Shown here piece by piece: positions 1 to 10,404 of a DNA stretch of 64,000 nucleotides (positions are counted from its first letter, which is position 1; the number at the start of each line of letters is the position of its first letter). The stretch covers positions 53,595 through 117,594 of the forward strand of contig JBFRWI010000002.1 in assembly GCA_051439505.1 (NCBI GenBank), written 5' to 3'. Origin of the DNA: Hormoscilla sp. (GTDB lineage Bacteria; Cyanobacteriota; Cyanobacteriia; Cyanobacteriales; Desertifilaceae). The position numbers and the translations under genes are program-made. Under the pieces are notes generated by a model. It was not told where the DNA came from and searched no databases. It was given only the letters and a program-made list of their open reading frames with translations.

Positions 1-2113
1 TGATAATCTCCGCACTCTTCCAGGGATCTTTAATTTCATCATGCTTATTGGGACCCCCCATTTGATTTTCAATGAACCCCAACGGGTCGTGCATCTTGCC
101 GATATCATGATACAGGGTTCCCGCCCGCACCAATTCAACATTGCCACCCAGAACTCGGGTAGCTGCTTCCGCTAGCGTTGCCACAAACAGCGTATGTTGA
201 AATGTTCCTGGGGCTTCCGAGTTCAGGCGCTGCAACAAGGGGCGATTTGGGTTAGCTAACTCTGCCAAACGCACCGGGGTAACTAGATCGAACACGTGTT
301 CCAAATAGGGGCTCAAACCCAATGCTACAATGCTGCAAGCTAAACCTCCCAGACTGCGAAGCCCAGCAGCAACTAGCAAGGGCGGCCAGACCACAGGAGC
401 AGCGGCAAGGATAATTAAGGTAACGGTCAGATAGACCACTCCTTGAGTCAATCCTACCGCTACCCCTAACAGGGCAAATTCCTCGCGCGATCGCATTCTT
501 TCTGCCATCAAACCGCCCAGAATACCCCCCACGACACTTGCTAGCCAATCACTGAGGCTAATTATTTCCGGGCCGATCGGCATTCCTATGGGCAACAGCA
601 AACCCAGTAAACTGACTACTGTCACTCCCAAGGCCGAACCATAAAAACTACCCATCAACAGCCCTGTTATTGGCAAGCTAGCAGCATCCAAATTTAAGAC
701 TACTAGCAATGGCGCACTCAGACTCAGCAGCAACACTAATATCATGTCTCGCTGGCGCATTCTCGGGTGAAATTTTCGTTGCACCACCCAAAACACCCCG
801 ATCGCCCCGCTGACCAACATCCCAAACCCCAGCAACCCTTTCCAGTTTACTTGCCGCTGAGAAAGGCCAAAATAATCTATGACCACAAATTCCTCTCTGG
901 TAATGCGATCGCCCGCCTCCACGATCGCCTCATCTTTTTGGACTGATATCACCACTGCTTCCACAGATAAAGCCGCTTGTTCTGCTTGTAACCTGGTTTT
1001 TTCTGCATCTTCGATCAGATTTGCTTTAACCACCTGTTCTAGCAGTTCCCTCGCCCAAGAAGCTGTGGACTCTGGCACTGAGTCCTGCAGCTGTAAGGCG
1101 ATCGCTTCGGCGAGGAGATTATCGGGCAATCCTTTGGGGATCCCTTGGGCCATCATTCTCCTGGTGCTTTCCTGGATGCCTTTAACTGTTTCGTTCCAAG
1201 TTGCATCGGACAGTTCCAGTAGTTCCTCGTCATATATTGTTTCTGGATCTTTGCTCCTCTGCGTTTTAATGGAGTTTAATGACAGAGCGTAACTCTGACG
1301 CACTTGGGCTATCCGATCGAGCAATGCTTGGAACTTTTCCGACTTTTCCGACTCAAGAAGCGACTCCTTGAGCGATCGCAGTTCAAATATCGCTTGTTCT
1401 TGTTCTGTGCGGGATATTTTATCCTCTGGCGCTGCTTGGCTATTATTAGCCCCCTCCCCACCGGACAATGGAGCCGACTCTTGCTCCCTTTTGGTGGAAA
1501 TAGCGTTCCCGGGAGATCCGGTCTCTGGGGATTCCTCTGTCGGGGCTTTATTTACCCCCAGCAGTACCATACGCCACTCCCACTCCTGGGCTTGACGAAG
1601 GTACTGTTGGGTCTCTAGCGAGAGCAACTTTGGTTCCACGAATGGAAATCCACCCGCCTGCTGCCGCAATTCATTTCCCCGGTCCAGAATTTCCTCTATC
1701 TTCTGGTAAACCTGTTTATTTACCACTTCATCGATCATCAAGACCGGGATTGCACCCGTGCGTTCTCGCTGGCGCTTTGCTTCCGTCGCTTGGCTATCAG
1801 GTATCTCCGCCTTCTGGGGAGCCAATATCGTCTCTGGGGCGATCGTTCCCGACGATATTTTCGGCGCGTTGTATAAGCGGTAGCCTATTGTACTCGTCAG
1901 CGACACCACTGCTACCACCAATACCGCCCCTGGATGGGCTTGTTTTTTGCCGCTACCCCTGGTTAGTTTTGGCTTTCCTCCTGCATTTAATCCCGTCTGA
2001 CTATAGTTACTGGACAGCTTCTTTTGTACTGGTTGGCGCGATCTCGGGGCTTCCGTGAAGTGGACTCGCCACCACCGATCTACCTGGCCTGTCAAATACT
2101 GAATTGTTTTCAT
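1..2113 (-). CDS. Membrane-bound HD-family phosphohydrolase (7TM-HDIG type); 3' end runs off the window
   Basis: Manual translation from ATG 2113 (MKTIQYLTGQ). The same frame gives VVSLTSTIGYRLYNAP and, at the window edge, GTLYHDIGKMHDPLGFIENQ. Absent from the ORF track because it has no stop in the window. Confidence 0.85.
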   Translation of the reverse strand, partial: MKTIQYLTGQVDRWWRVHFTEAPRSRQPVQKKLSSNYSQTGLNAGGKPKLTRGSGKKQAHPGAVLVVAVVSLTSTIGYRLYNAPKISSGTIAPETILAPQKAEIPDSQATEAKRQRERTGAIPVLMIDEVVNKQVYQKIEEILDRGNELRQQAGGFPFVEPKLLSLETQQYLRQAQEWEWRMVLLGVNKAPTEESPETGSPGNAISTKREQESAPLSGGEGANNSQAAPEDKISRTEQEQAIFELRSLKESLLESEKSEKFQALLDRIAQVRQSYALSLNSIKTQRSKDPETIYDEELLELSDATWNETVKGIQESTRRMMAQGIPKGLPDNLLAEAIALQLQDSVPESTASWARELLEQVVKANLIEDAEKTRLQAEQAALSVEAVVISVQKDEAIVEAGDRITREEFVVIDYFGLSQRQVNWKGLLGFGMLVSGAIGVFWVVQRKFHPRMRQRDMILVLLLSLSAPLLVVLNLDAASLPITGLLMGSFYGSALGVTVVSLLGLLLPIGMPIGPEIISLSDWLASVVGGILGGLMAERMRSREEFALLGVAVGLTQGVVYLTVTLIILAAAPVVWPPLLVAAGLRSLGGLACSIVALGLSPYLEHVFDLVTPVRLAELANPNRPLLQRLNSEAPGTFQHTLFVATLAEAATRVLGGNVELVRAGTLYHDIGKMHDPLGFIENQMGGPNKHDEIKDPWKSAEII

Positions 2114-2628
2114 TTTAGCACCCACTTAACAGCCGCAACCTTCAATTAATGCCTTTTACCATCAAACCTTCCTGACTACACCTCCGGGATATCTTTGGAT
2201 CGCGCACGATTTAGCTAGTCGTGATTTTGGTAGCCGCCGCGCCCGAGTCAATACTGCCACCCTTCGGCTTCGCTCAGGGACCATGCGATCGGCTTTTTCT
2301 AATAGTATCAGACTCTGTGCCGAGGGAGCCAGAACTGAGTCTTGAGTATCTAAATATCATTATCCAATCCTCCTTTTGCTTAATGATAACTCATACTGGC
2401 TTTGTCAATTTCCTGGGTTTACTCCTCATCTATTATGAACGCCTCTCCTGCTTTGATGGCAGCGAGGTCGATCATTTGCTCTAACATAGCATACTTGAGA
2501 GCCTATTTTATTGGGGGTTATAAGCTTTTGCCCTATTAAATTGCTACGACGAACGCACCAAACCCTTGCGATCGATAGCTTCGGGAATTTTTAATATTTA
2601 ATAAGATAATTTACCAATTGCTTACTAC

Positions 2629-3540
2629 TTATGTGGTCCTCGCTGGTTGGATCCTCGGTACAGCAACAGCATTTCCCAGAGGGGATTTAGCGATCTGGGT
2701 GGGCCAATAGACACCAGACCAAGCGGCGAATAAGTTACTAGCGAGTTGGACAATTTCCGCTCCTGAGGTGACGCCCCAGCAAGGAAGAAGGATTTTATCG
2801 CTCATCTGTGCCATCGCCATCCGCCATGAGACTGGGATACCTACAATACTATTATATGCTCCTGACATTGCTCCAGTCAGAGCTGCGACCAGTTGTGGCT
2901 GGGCCCTAGCAATTCTCAAGGCCCGCATAACAGAGAGACGAAAATCTTCTGGAGTGGTCGCAAAGCAGTATAATGCTTTGGCGATACTATTTGAGAGCAC
3001 GGAACTGGCGGTTTCTAGACTAGCCCCCACTAAGAGTAAGGTTTGCACTTGCTCTAGCTCAGAGGTAAGTTCCCCGTCTGACTGGATATAGTTAATGATT
3101 TGAGGAATGATGCTTCGGTGGTCGAATTTTTCTAGAGCTATTTGCAATAAGCAGTAGCCAATTGCTAGAGTAGCATCTTTTGTCTCCCCGACAGAACCAG
3201 ATAATTGGCCAGCGGCAAGTTGATTGAGCTTCCGGCGCAGCTTTTCGGCATCTTCGTGAAAAAATAGGGCGTAGGGGAGGGTGGTGGCCGTAGCTTCGTT
3301 ACCTACTGGCATGTTTCCCTCTAGGGGACCGCCTGCAATCAAGCTTTTGCACCCACGCACGGCGTAGCTTCCCCATCCAGGTAAGAACCGTGAGAGTTGG
3401 CCGATATCTAAATCCCACCAGTTGGCGGGTGGTGACCCCAACTGGTGCCAAGACCGGCTAGTGATGGAGATGCCTAACATTTCTCCGACAGCTGCCCCGA
3501 GGAAGGCTCCTTGAAATCGACTCTCAATGGTATAGCGCAT
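2629..3540 (-). CDS. ADP-ribosylglycohydrolase-family protein (degenerate metal-binding motifs)
   Basis: SRFQGAFLGAAVGEMLG N-terminus and ALTGAMSGAYNSIVGIP C-terminal motif; likely start MRYTIESRF at 3540. Confidence 0.8.
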   Translation of the reverse strand: MRYTIESRFQGAFLGAAVGEMLGISITSRSWHQLGSPPANWWDLDIGQLSRFLPGWGSYAVRGCKSLIAGGPLEGNMPVGNEATATTLPYALFFHEDAEKLRRKLNQLAAGQLSGSVGETKDATLAIGYCLLQIALEKFDHRSIIPQIINYIQSDGELTSELEQVQTLLLVGASLETASSVLSNSIAKALYCFATTPEDFRLSVMRALRIARAQPQLVAALTGAMSGAYNSIVGIPVSWRMAMAQMSDKILLPCWGVTSGAEIVQLASNLFAAWSGVYWPTQIAKSPLGNAVAVPRIQPARTT

Positions 3541-3558
3541 GATGATTGATTTATCAAT

Positions 3559-3690
3559 TAAGTAGTCGTGCAAAAGTATTTTAGTATTTGTTTTTTTAGT
3601 CAACAAGCGCATAACCCTTGCACTGTAATAATTTGAAGCTCTCTGGCTCGAACTACGAACTACGAACTACGAACTACGAACTACGAACTA
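3559..3690 (+). repeat. Dispersed ~90-bp element with (AACTACG)n tail; second copy inverted at 63494-63620
   Basis: Aligns by eye with the reverse complement of 63494-63620 (TAAGTAGTyGTGCAAAA...ATAACCCTTGC...ATTTGAAGCTCTCTG, then AACTACG repeats). Confidence 0.75.
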
Positions 3691-3886
3691 TTTATTGGTG
3701 AGGTGTTCGGTAGCTGGACTGTCAAGAGGACGCGCTCCGGGTGGCCCTGGCTCCTTACTGTCTATCCTACATCCACTGGGAACGACCCTGGCCTGTAGAC
3801 CGGTAGCGGTGCTAGTGTCAGGAGTCTGAGACGGAAGAACGGTGAACTTGCTATGCTGGAAGATGATATCCATCTGTATTGCCAGG

Positions 3887-4867
3887 ATGAAACCAGTTTT
3901 TGCTGCTCTTGCTGCTTGCCTGCTGACTGCTTCATTGAGTGCCTGTGCCAATAGTGAAATGGGCTCTGCCGTTGAACAATCCTTGGCCGCAGACCCCAAT
4001 CTTCAGAAAAACGCCTCGACTCGGACGCCGGACGGGACCGCCACCCAATCCCCGCCTCCCGATCGGACGTCCGATCGGGACAATGTAATAGTAGAGCGCG
4101 AGCCGATCGATACTCCGGAGCCGTTAAATCCTCCCCAGGATCCACCCGAAATTGCCGCACAGACCGCTGAGACAGTATTGAGTACCTGGTCGGACGGGGA
4201 AATACCCGAACCATTGCGTCAGTACGTGGCCGACTTGATAGAACTGGGGGTTTTAACTCCAGCAGATTTGGCACCCGATCGAACAGTGATGCGCCGGCAG
4301 TACGTCCGTTGGCTAATGTTGGCTAACAATAAAATGTATGCTCACAACCCAGGTAAACAAATTCGTCCGTCAACGTCAAAATCTGCTGAACCAGTTTTTC
4401 AGGACGTGCCCCGTACTGATCCGGACTTCCCTCTAATTCAAGGTTTAGCAGAGGCGGGTATACTGCCAAGCAGGTTAACTGGTGATGGGACAGTAGTTTT
4501 GTTTCGCCCAGATACCGCCCTTACCCGCGCCGAAATGATTCTCTGGAAAGTGCCTCTGGATATCCGTAGAGCTTTACCTACGGCTACGATCGATACGGTG
4601 AAGGAAACCTGGGGTTTCCAAGATGCTGCTAAGATTGACCCGAAGTCGTTACGCGCAGTTTTGGCAGATTATCAGAATGGAGAGAAGGCGAATATCCGCC
4701 GGTCTTTCGGTTATACTAATTTGTTTCAGCCGACGAAAACTGTTAGCGCTATTGAGGCGGCGGCGTCTCTATGGTATTTTGGCTATCAAGGTGATGGTAT
4801 ATCTGCTGTGGAGGCGATCGCTATTGCTCGCAGCAAAGAACAGACGCCTACTGTCAGTGGTCAGTAG
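3887..4867 (+). CDS. S-layer homology (SLH) domain lipoprotein
   Basis: Lipobox LSAC after a hydrophobic stretch; FQDVPRTDPDFPLIQGLAEAGI and FRPDTALTRAEM SLH-like motifs. Confidence 0.8.
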   Translation: MKPVFAALAACLLTASLSACANSEMGSAVEQSLAADPNLQKNASTRTPDGTATQSPPPDRTSDRDNVIVEREPIDTPEPLNPPQDPPEIAAQTAETVLSTWSDGEIPEPLRQYVADLIELGVLTPADLAPDRTVMRRQYVRWLMLANNKMYAHNPGKQIRPSTSKSAEPVFQDVPRTDPDFPLIQGLAEAGILPSRLTGDGTVVLFRPDTALTRAEMILWKVPLDIRRALPTATIDTVKETWGFQDAAKIDPKSLRAVLADYQNGEKANIRRSFGYTNLFQPTKTVSAIEAAASLWYFGYQGDGISAVEAIAIARSKEQTPTVSGQ

Positions 4868-4985
4868 TCAGTGGTCAGTGGTTAGTGGTTAGTGGTCAGT
4901 GGTCGGTGGTCAACCCACAACTAACAACTAACAACTAGCAACTAACAACTAACAACTAGCAACTAACAATTAACAACTAACAATT
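4852..4985. repeat. Heptamer STRR tracts (CAGTGGT)n / (AACTAAC)n
   Basis: Visible tandem heptamers; related tracts at 5464-5602, 16674-16712, 23489-23520, 24808-24852, 31015-31095, 32682-32740. Confidence 0.85.
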
Positions 4986-4999
4986 CACGAATAGAGAAG

Positions 5000-5464
5000 A
5001 TGCCTAAAACAGTTGCCGATGTCATGACCCGCGATCCGATCGTGGTCCAGCCTGAAACTTCTCTGAAGCAGGCTATTAAAATTATCGCAGACAGACATAT
5101 TAGTGGTCTGCCGGTTGTAGATGGGGAAGGAAAATTGGTGGGGGTAATTTCCGACAGCGATCTATTATGGCAGGAAACAGGGGTAGAACCTCCTGCCTAT
5201 ATTATGCTGTTGGATAGCATAATTTATCTGGAAAATCCCGCTACCTATGAAAAGGACTTGCGTAAGGCGATGGGACTGACGGTTAAGGAGGTGATGAGCG
5301 ATCGCCCCATAACGGTGAAACCGGATAAACCCCTGCGGGAAGCGGCCCAGATGATGCAAAAACACCACATCCATCGCTTGCCCGTACTGGACGATGCGGG
5401 TAAATTGATTGGTATTCTCACCCGTGGTGATATTATCCGCTTAATGGCGACCAGTGAAGAATAG
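5000..5464 (+). CDS. CBS-pair domain protein
   Basis: Two CBS repeats (ISGLPVVD...GVIS; IHRLPVLD...GILTRGDI). Confidence 0.9.
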   Translation: MPKTVADVMTRDPIVVQPETSLKQAIKIIADRHISGLPVVDGEGKLVGVISDSDLLWQETGVEPPAYIMLLDSIIYLENPATYEKDLRKAMGLTVKEVMSDRPITVKPDKPLREAAQMMQKHHIHRLPVLDDAGKLIGILTRGDIIRLMATSEE

Positions 5465-5604
5465 TTCGTAGTCAGTAGTCAGTAGTCAGTAGTCAGTAGT
5501 ATTAGAGGTAGGTGGTCAGCGATCGAGGTTCAAACTAACAACTAACAACTAACAACTGACAACTAACAACCCACAATTAGCAATTAAAAATTAGCAATTA
5601 ACAA

Positions 5605-6267
5605 ATGACAATAACTCCTGAGTCAGTGGCAAAGTTACTGAGTTCTGAAGATTACGGCGATCGCCTGCGGGGCATTAACGAACTGCGCCAAGTGGAAGAG
5701 GCGATCGCATTTGAGATGATTCAACCTTTAATTGTTGACAATAATGTGAGAATCCGCTATGCAGCAGTGAGCCAGATGGCGATTCTGGGGCAGCAAGATT
5801 TACAGAAGTCTTTGCAGATATTGCGCGATCGGCTCTTCAACGACCCGGAAATTGATGTGAAAGCAGCTGCTGCGGACGCTTTGGGCGCTCTCAAGTTAAC
5901 GGAAGCTTTCAGCGACCTAGAACAAGTATACCAAAGTACTGAAGAGTGGCTACTGAAACTCAGCATCGTCGCCACTTTAGGGGAAATGGGAGACCCCCGT
6001 GCATTTGATATCCTCGCTGATGGTCTCAAATCAGAAACAGACATTGTCAAAACTGCTGCTATTAGTTCCTTGGGAGAATTAGGAGATTCCCGTGGGGTTA
6101 CTCTGTTGATTCCTTTTGCTAGCAATTCAGATTGGCAAGTCCGTTACCGGGTCGTGCTAGCGCTGAACCGCTTGGGTGGCCCAGAAGCTCGGTCTATTCT
6201 AGAAAGTTTAGCAAAAGATGAAGTCGAGCAAGTTGCGACAGAAGCGAAAAAGGGTTTAGAATCATAA
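5605..6267 (+). CDS. nblB: HEAT-repeat phycobilisome degradation protein NblB
   Basis: MTITPESV..LLSSEDYGDRL N-terminus and PBS-lyase HEAT repeats; follows the CBS gene as is usual in cyanobacteria. Confidence 0.8.
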   Translation: MTITPESVAKLLSSEDYGDRLRGINELRQVEEAIAFEMIQPLIVDNNVRIRYAAVSQMAILGQQDLQKSLQILRDRLFNDPEIDVKAAAADALGALKLTEAFSDLEQVYQSTEEWLLKLSIVATLGEMGDPRAFDILADGLKSETDIVKTAAISSLGELGDSRGVTLLIPFASNSDWQVRYRVVLALNRLGGPEARSILESLAKDEVEQVATEAKKGLES

Positions 6268-6443
6268 TCGTAATCTTCCGGTTGTAAGGCGTTATCTTCA
6301 TGTGATGCTTCAATTGGGTTTCCCGACCTGTAGCATTTTGTTGAAAAAAGTCAAGATAATTGCGGTTGAGCTTTTGAGAATAATTGTGCAATACTCGGTC
6401 TTAATTATCTAATCCTTAGCTGACTTCCGACCGGAAATTGGTT

Positions 6444-7130
6444 ATGAGAATATTGCTGGTAGAAGACGATCCCGAACAACTAGAACCTTTGCATGCGGCA
6501 TTATCCCAAGTGGGACATATTGTCGATGGGGTGGAGGAGGGAGAAACGGCTAAATGGTTGCTGTCGGAAAAAGACTACGATTTGCTAATCCTTGACTGGA
6601 TGTTGCCCACGGTCAGCGGCCTAGAAGTTTGTCGCTATTACCGACAAACGGGCAAAACTGCTCCTGTATTAATGCTGACTGCTAAGGATGCTACTATAGA
6701 TAAAATTACAGGCTTAGATGCTGGTGCAGATGATTACTTAGTCAAGCCCGTGGACTTGCTGGAATTGCTGGCAAGGGTGAGGGCATTGGGCAGGCGATCG
6801 CCTTTATGGACGGCAGATACCCTCTGCTACGAAGACCTACAATTAAATTTAACCACTCTCAAGGTCGAACGGCAGTCATCTGTCGTGCAGCTTTCGGTGC
6901 GGGAATTTCAATTGTTAGAATATCTGATGCGCCATCCAGGACAAGTTTTAACCCGCAACCAAATAGAACAGTATCTCTGGGAATGGAGAGAAGAACCGGA
7001 AAGCAATGCCGTTACTACCTTGGTCCGCCGACTGCGACAGCGACTACAAATCATAGGGGCGTCTTCATGGGTGGAAACTGTTTACGGCATGGGGTATCGC
7101 TGGCAACGACCACATTCATCCTCAGTTTGA
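6444..7130 (+). CDS. OmpR-family response regulator (RppA/NrsR-like)
   Basis: REC (LLVEDD, LILDWMLP, YLVKP) plus winged helix (VETVYGMGY). Confidence 0.9.
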   Translation: MRILLVEDDPEQLEPLHAALSQVGHIVDGVEEGETAKWLLSEKDYDLLILDWMLPTVSGLEVCRYYRQTGKTAPVLMLTAKDATIDKITGLDAGADDYLVKPVDLLELLARVRALGRRSPLWTADTLCYEDLQLNLTTLKVERQSSVVQLSVREFQLLEYLMRHPGQVLTRNQIEQYLWEWREEPESNAVTTLVRRLRQRLQIIGASSWVETVYGMGYRWQRPHSSSV

Positions 7131-7136
7131 GCAACT

Positions 7137-8669
7137 ATGCAAAAATCGATCGCCCAAAAGCTGCAAAGTTTCTGGAGGCACATGCCAGTCCGGCGACGGG
7201 GCAGGTTTATTATTGCCATTCCCGTGACTTATTTCATTGCTACCCTGGCAGCAGTGTATTGCTTGAAACTAGATTTGGTAGAAGATGAAGATTTGGTACA
7301 GCACACTCAACAAGTGCGTTTAGAAACCAAAAGTTTACTCGCGGCCTTAATTGATGCCGAAGCGGGAGTTCGAGGTTATGCCATGACCGGACGACCGGAT
7401 TTTCTCGCGCCCTATAGTCAGGCGATCGCAGAAATTCCCCAATCCCTCACCCAATTGGGGCGGCTAATTTCCGACAACCCCCAACAAATTGCCAGACTGA
7501 CAGAAATTAGACAATTAACAGAAGAAACTCTCGCCATTATGGAGAAGAAATTGGCGAAGATGAATGTCTTGGTGCTACGGGGAGGCTGGAAAAAACGCGA
7601 AGGCGAACAATCCTATTATCAATCGCCACTACAAGGGCAATTTTCTCCTAGCGAACTTTATGATTGGCTAGAACAGTGTAAAACTCTTGTGGATACAACG
7701 AGAGTAAAAATTGACAGTTTTGCCGCCGAAGAAGAACGCTTGTTAGCGGAACGCAAACAGCATTTAGAGTTCGATCGACTGCTAAGTTTTGGTGTTTTAT
7801 TGGTTGCTATTATTCTGGGGCTGGCTGGAGGTATTTTTGCTCTATATCTTTTCGGTGAGTTGGAGCGAGAATTGTCCCAGGAGAGAAAATGCTTGCGCGA
7901 AACTAATGGGAGGTTGGAGTTATCTCGAACTGAGGTAGAACTGGCCAATCAAAAACTTCAAAATGCTTACGAACAATTACAGCGCTTTACTGCTAATGCT
8001 TCCCACGAATTGCGTTCTCCTTTGGCAGCTATTTTAAGTAACGCTCAGGTGGGATTATTAGCACCGGATAGCGATAATATTCAACCCCGACAGCGTTTGG
8101 AAAAAATCGTCGAACTTGCCAAGTCAATGAAGACCTTGGTGGAAAATTTACTATTTTTAGCTAGGTGCGAAAGCTTGCCGGAAACTGTGGTAGAAATTGA
8201 GTTAAAATCTTTCCTGCAAAAAATTAGCGATGAATGTCAATTGCTAGCAGCAGGAAAAAACCTTAATTGGATAGTAAATTTACCGGCTACTCCAGTTATG
8301 GCTAAAGTGGAACCGAATCTCCTACAGCAAGCTGTAGTAAACTTGCTGCAAAATGCTTGCAAATATACCCCGGATGAGGGTACAGTTGAGATAAAAATGG
8401 AGACCGACGATGGTCAAATTGACATATTGGTCAGAGATACGGGAGTGGGAATTACCGAGGCAGATTTACCTCATATTTTTGAGCGCTTTTATCGGGTGGA
8501 AAGGCGATCGCGCAGCGGTTTTGGTTTGGGATTGGCGATCGCCCAGCAAATTGTCAACCTCCACGACGGTCTCCTGACAGTGGAAAGCGTCTTGGGTCAG
8601 GGGTCAACTTTTACTATCTCTCTCCCGTTGACAGCAAAAGTCAAACCCCCAAATAAGGGCCATGCGTGA
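7137..8669 (+). CDS. Sensor histidine kinase with CHASE3-like periplasmic domain
   Basis: Two TM segments, [11 protein letters not shown] (CHASE3), [10 protein letters not shown]-box, [16 protein letters not shown] and GFGLGL boxes. Confidence 0.9.
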   Translation: MQKSIAQKLQSFWRHMPVRRRGRFIIAIPVTYFIATLAAVYCLKLDLVEDEDLVQHTQQVRLETKSLLAALIDAEAGVRGYAMTGRPDFLAPYSQAIAEIPQSLTQLGRLISDNPQQIARLTEIRQLTEETLAIMEKKLAKMNVLVLRGGWKKREGEQSYYQSPLQGQFSPSELYDWLEQCKTLVDTTRVKIDSFAAEEERLLAERKQHLEFDRLLSFGVLLVAIILGLAGGIFALYLFGELERELSQERKCLRETNGRLELSRTEVELANQKLQNAYEQLQRFTANASHELRSPLAAILSNAQVGLLAPDSDNIQPRQRLEKIVELAKSMKTLVENLLFLARCESLPETVVEIELKSFLQKISDECQLLAAGKNLNWIVNLPATPVMAKVEPNLLQQAVVNLLQNACKYTPDEGTVEIKMETDDGQIDILVRDTGVGITEADLPHIFERFYRVERRSRSGFGLGLAIAQQIVNLHDGLLTVESVLGQGSTFTISLPLTAKVKPPNKGHA

Positions 8670-8681
8670 TGATTAATCGTT

Positions 8682-9713
8682 TCAAAGGATGGGGGAACCG
8701 TTGGGGCGAGTAATGGCAGAAGCATCGAAGTCGTCATCGTCAAATTCTCCCACTACATTTACTCGTTCTCCGCGCCTCAAATTGAGGGATTGATTATCGG
8801 GTAAATCCGCATCAACGCGAACACGACCATTGCGAGTCCGCAGCAAAAACTCATCGTTATCCACCATCCGAATAACCCGACCGGAGATAGTAGTTGCCGT
8901 TCCCGGTGCATCTGTCGTCGGAACTATGGGAGAACCGTCCGGGCGAGTAACGGCAGAAGCATCGAAGTCGCCATCGTCAAATTCTCCCACTACATTCACC
9001 CGTTCTCCGCGCCTCAAATTGAAGGATTGGTTATCGGGTAAATCCGCATCAACGAGAACTCGACCATTGCTAGTCCGCAGCAAAAACTCATCGTTATCCA
9101 CCATCCGGATAACCTGACCGGAGATAGTATTTGCCGGTGCCGGTGTATCTGTGGAAATTATGGGGGAACCGTCCGGGCGAGTAATGGCAGAAGCATCGAA
9201 GTCGCCATCGTCAAATTCTCCCACTACATTCACCCGTTCTCCTGGTTGCAGGTTGAGAGATTGGGAATCTGGTAAATCCGCATCCACCAGAATGGGACCA
9301 TTATTGGTCTGAAGCAAAAACTCATCGTTATTCACTATCCGGATAACCTGACCGGAGATGGTGCTTGTGGAAAAAGTCCTGTTTCCTGGAGAAGTTAAAG
9401 GATCGCTTGTCCGATAGATCTCGCCGGTTAGACTCTCCCCTGTCACCGGATCTAAAATCATCGAACCGTCCGGTCTCGCGATCGATCGGGTATCGATTTC
9501 CCCTTTGTCAAATTCATCTACCAACACGCTGACAGATTCGCCGACTGTTAAATCCAACCCTGAAGCACGAATAGGTGAAGGATCTACAATGGCACTGCCG
9601 CCACCAAAATTGAGGACAAAATCCTCTCCATCCTCCGTGAAACCACCGACGATTCCTGTGATGATGGCTCCTGGTTGAACTCCCACTGTGGGAAATGGAT
9701 TTGGGTCAATCAT
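8682..9713 (-). CDS. Acidic protein with about four OB-fold (YgiW/YdeI/BOF-like) repeats
   Basis: Three near-identical TISG.VIR.V.NDEFLL...GERVNVVGEFDDGDFDA units (about 235-bp DNA period) plus one diverged unit. Confidence 0.7.
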   Translation of the reverse strand: MIDPNPFPTVGVQPGAIITGIVGGFTEDGEDFVLNFGGGSAIVDPSPIRASGLDLTVGESVSVLVDEFDKGEIDTRSIARPDGSMILDPVTGESLTGEIYRTSDPLTSPGNRTFSTSTISGQVIRIVNNDEFLLQTNNGPILVDADLPDSQSLNLQPGERVNVVGEFDDGDFDASAITRPDGSPIISTDTPAPANTISGQVIRMVDNDEFLLRTSNGRVLVDADLPDNQSFNLRRGERVNVVGEFDDGDFDASAVTRPDGSPIVPTTDAPGTATTISGRVIRMVDNDEFLLRTRNGRVRVDADLPDNQSLNLRRGERVNVVGEFDDDDFDASAITRPNGSPIL

Positions 9714-9742
9714 ATTTAAGACTCCTCGAACGTGATGGTTTC

Positions 9743-9775
9743 ACCATAAAAAAAGAAAGTGACATGAATGTGACA
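9743..9775 (-). promoter_or_regulatory. OmpR/PhoB-type direct repeat TGTCAC-N5-TGTCAC with -10 TATGGT
   Basis: Minus strand TGTCACATTCATGTCAC, 10 nt, TATGGT; upstream of 8682-9713. Confidence 0.65.
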
Positions 9776-9791
9776 CCATTTTTTTTCTGCT

Positions 9792-9824
9792 TGTCATTTT
9801 TCTGTCACATTTACTTTTTATCTT
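9792..9824 (+). promoter_or_regulatory. OmpR/PhoB-type direct repeat with -10 TATCTT
   Basis: TGTCATTTTTCTGTCAC, 10 nt, TATCTT. Confidence 0.6.
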
Positions 9825-9996
9825 CGGGATAGAGTAGGCACCGCCCACCCTTGAGGCGATCGCACTATTGCTGTAACCTGATTGCTGTCATCTCTGTAAT
9901 GTGTAAAATTTTCCGGACACCTCTTGTCAGTAATATTTCGGACATATTCTTTCACTTTTCACTGGCTAAAGTAGATGTCGTTCAGGAAAGCAAATC

Positions 9997-10281
9997 ATGA
10001 TCCCGTTACTAATCAAGGAAAATCTAGTGCAGCCGTTCAAATACTGGAATGAAGGCATCAAAGAAGGGATGGTGAATCATCAAGGTGAATTGTATTCTTA
10101 TGTGGGGTCATACCCCTTGAATAGAAGAGCGCAGGCTTATGAGTTAGGATGCGAAATGGCTGAAAAGGGAATGGATATCTGCCTAACTTACTCTCCGTTG
10201 GGTTATAAAGTATGGATGAAGCTGAAACTTTCTGAAGCTAATCAAACCGATAACCAGTTCGGTAACGTGCAAATAGCATGA
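9997..10281 (+). CDS. Small hypothetical protein
   Basis: 94-aa ORF with AGGA upstream; resembles small cyanobacterial hypothetical proteins (PFKYWNEGIKEGM). Confidence 0.6.
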   Translation: MIPLLIKENLVQPFKYWNEGIKEGMVNHQGELYSYVGSYPLNRRAQAYELGCEMAEKGMDICLTYSPLGYKVWMKLKLSEANQTDNQFGNVQIA

Positions 10282-10317
10282 ATAATTTTAATGAGCGATT
10301 GAAAAATCTGAGATGCA

Positions 10318-10350
10318 TGTCACTTTCTTGTCACATTCTGGAGTTAACGT
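10318..10350 (+). promoter_or_regulatory. OmpR/PhoB-type direct repeat with -10 TAACGT
   Basis: TGTCACTTTCTTGTCAC, 10 nt, TAACGT; upstream of the secreted OB-fold gene. Confidence 0.65.
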
Positions 10351-10404
10351 CAGAATAGGACTACCCAAAAATAACTTTTGCCAACTAATTCAGGAACGAT
10401 AATC

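Noticed and set aside
252..2058. Short ORFs in the provided track
   Set aside because: All overlap the long minus-strand HD-hydrolase frame that the track missed.
9939..9972. Fourth direct-repeat promoter upstream of ORF 9997
   Set aside because: Only one half-site resembles TGTCAC and the spacing to TAAAGT is 11 nt; too degenerate to call.
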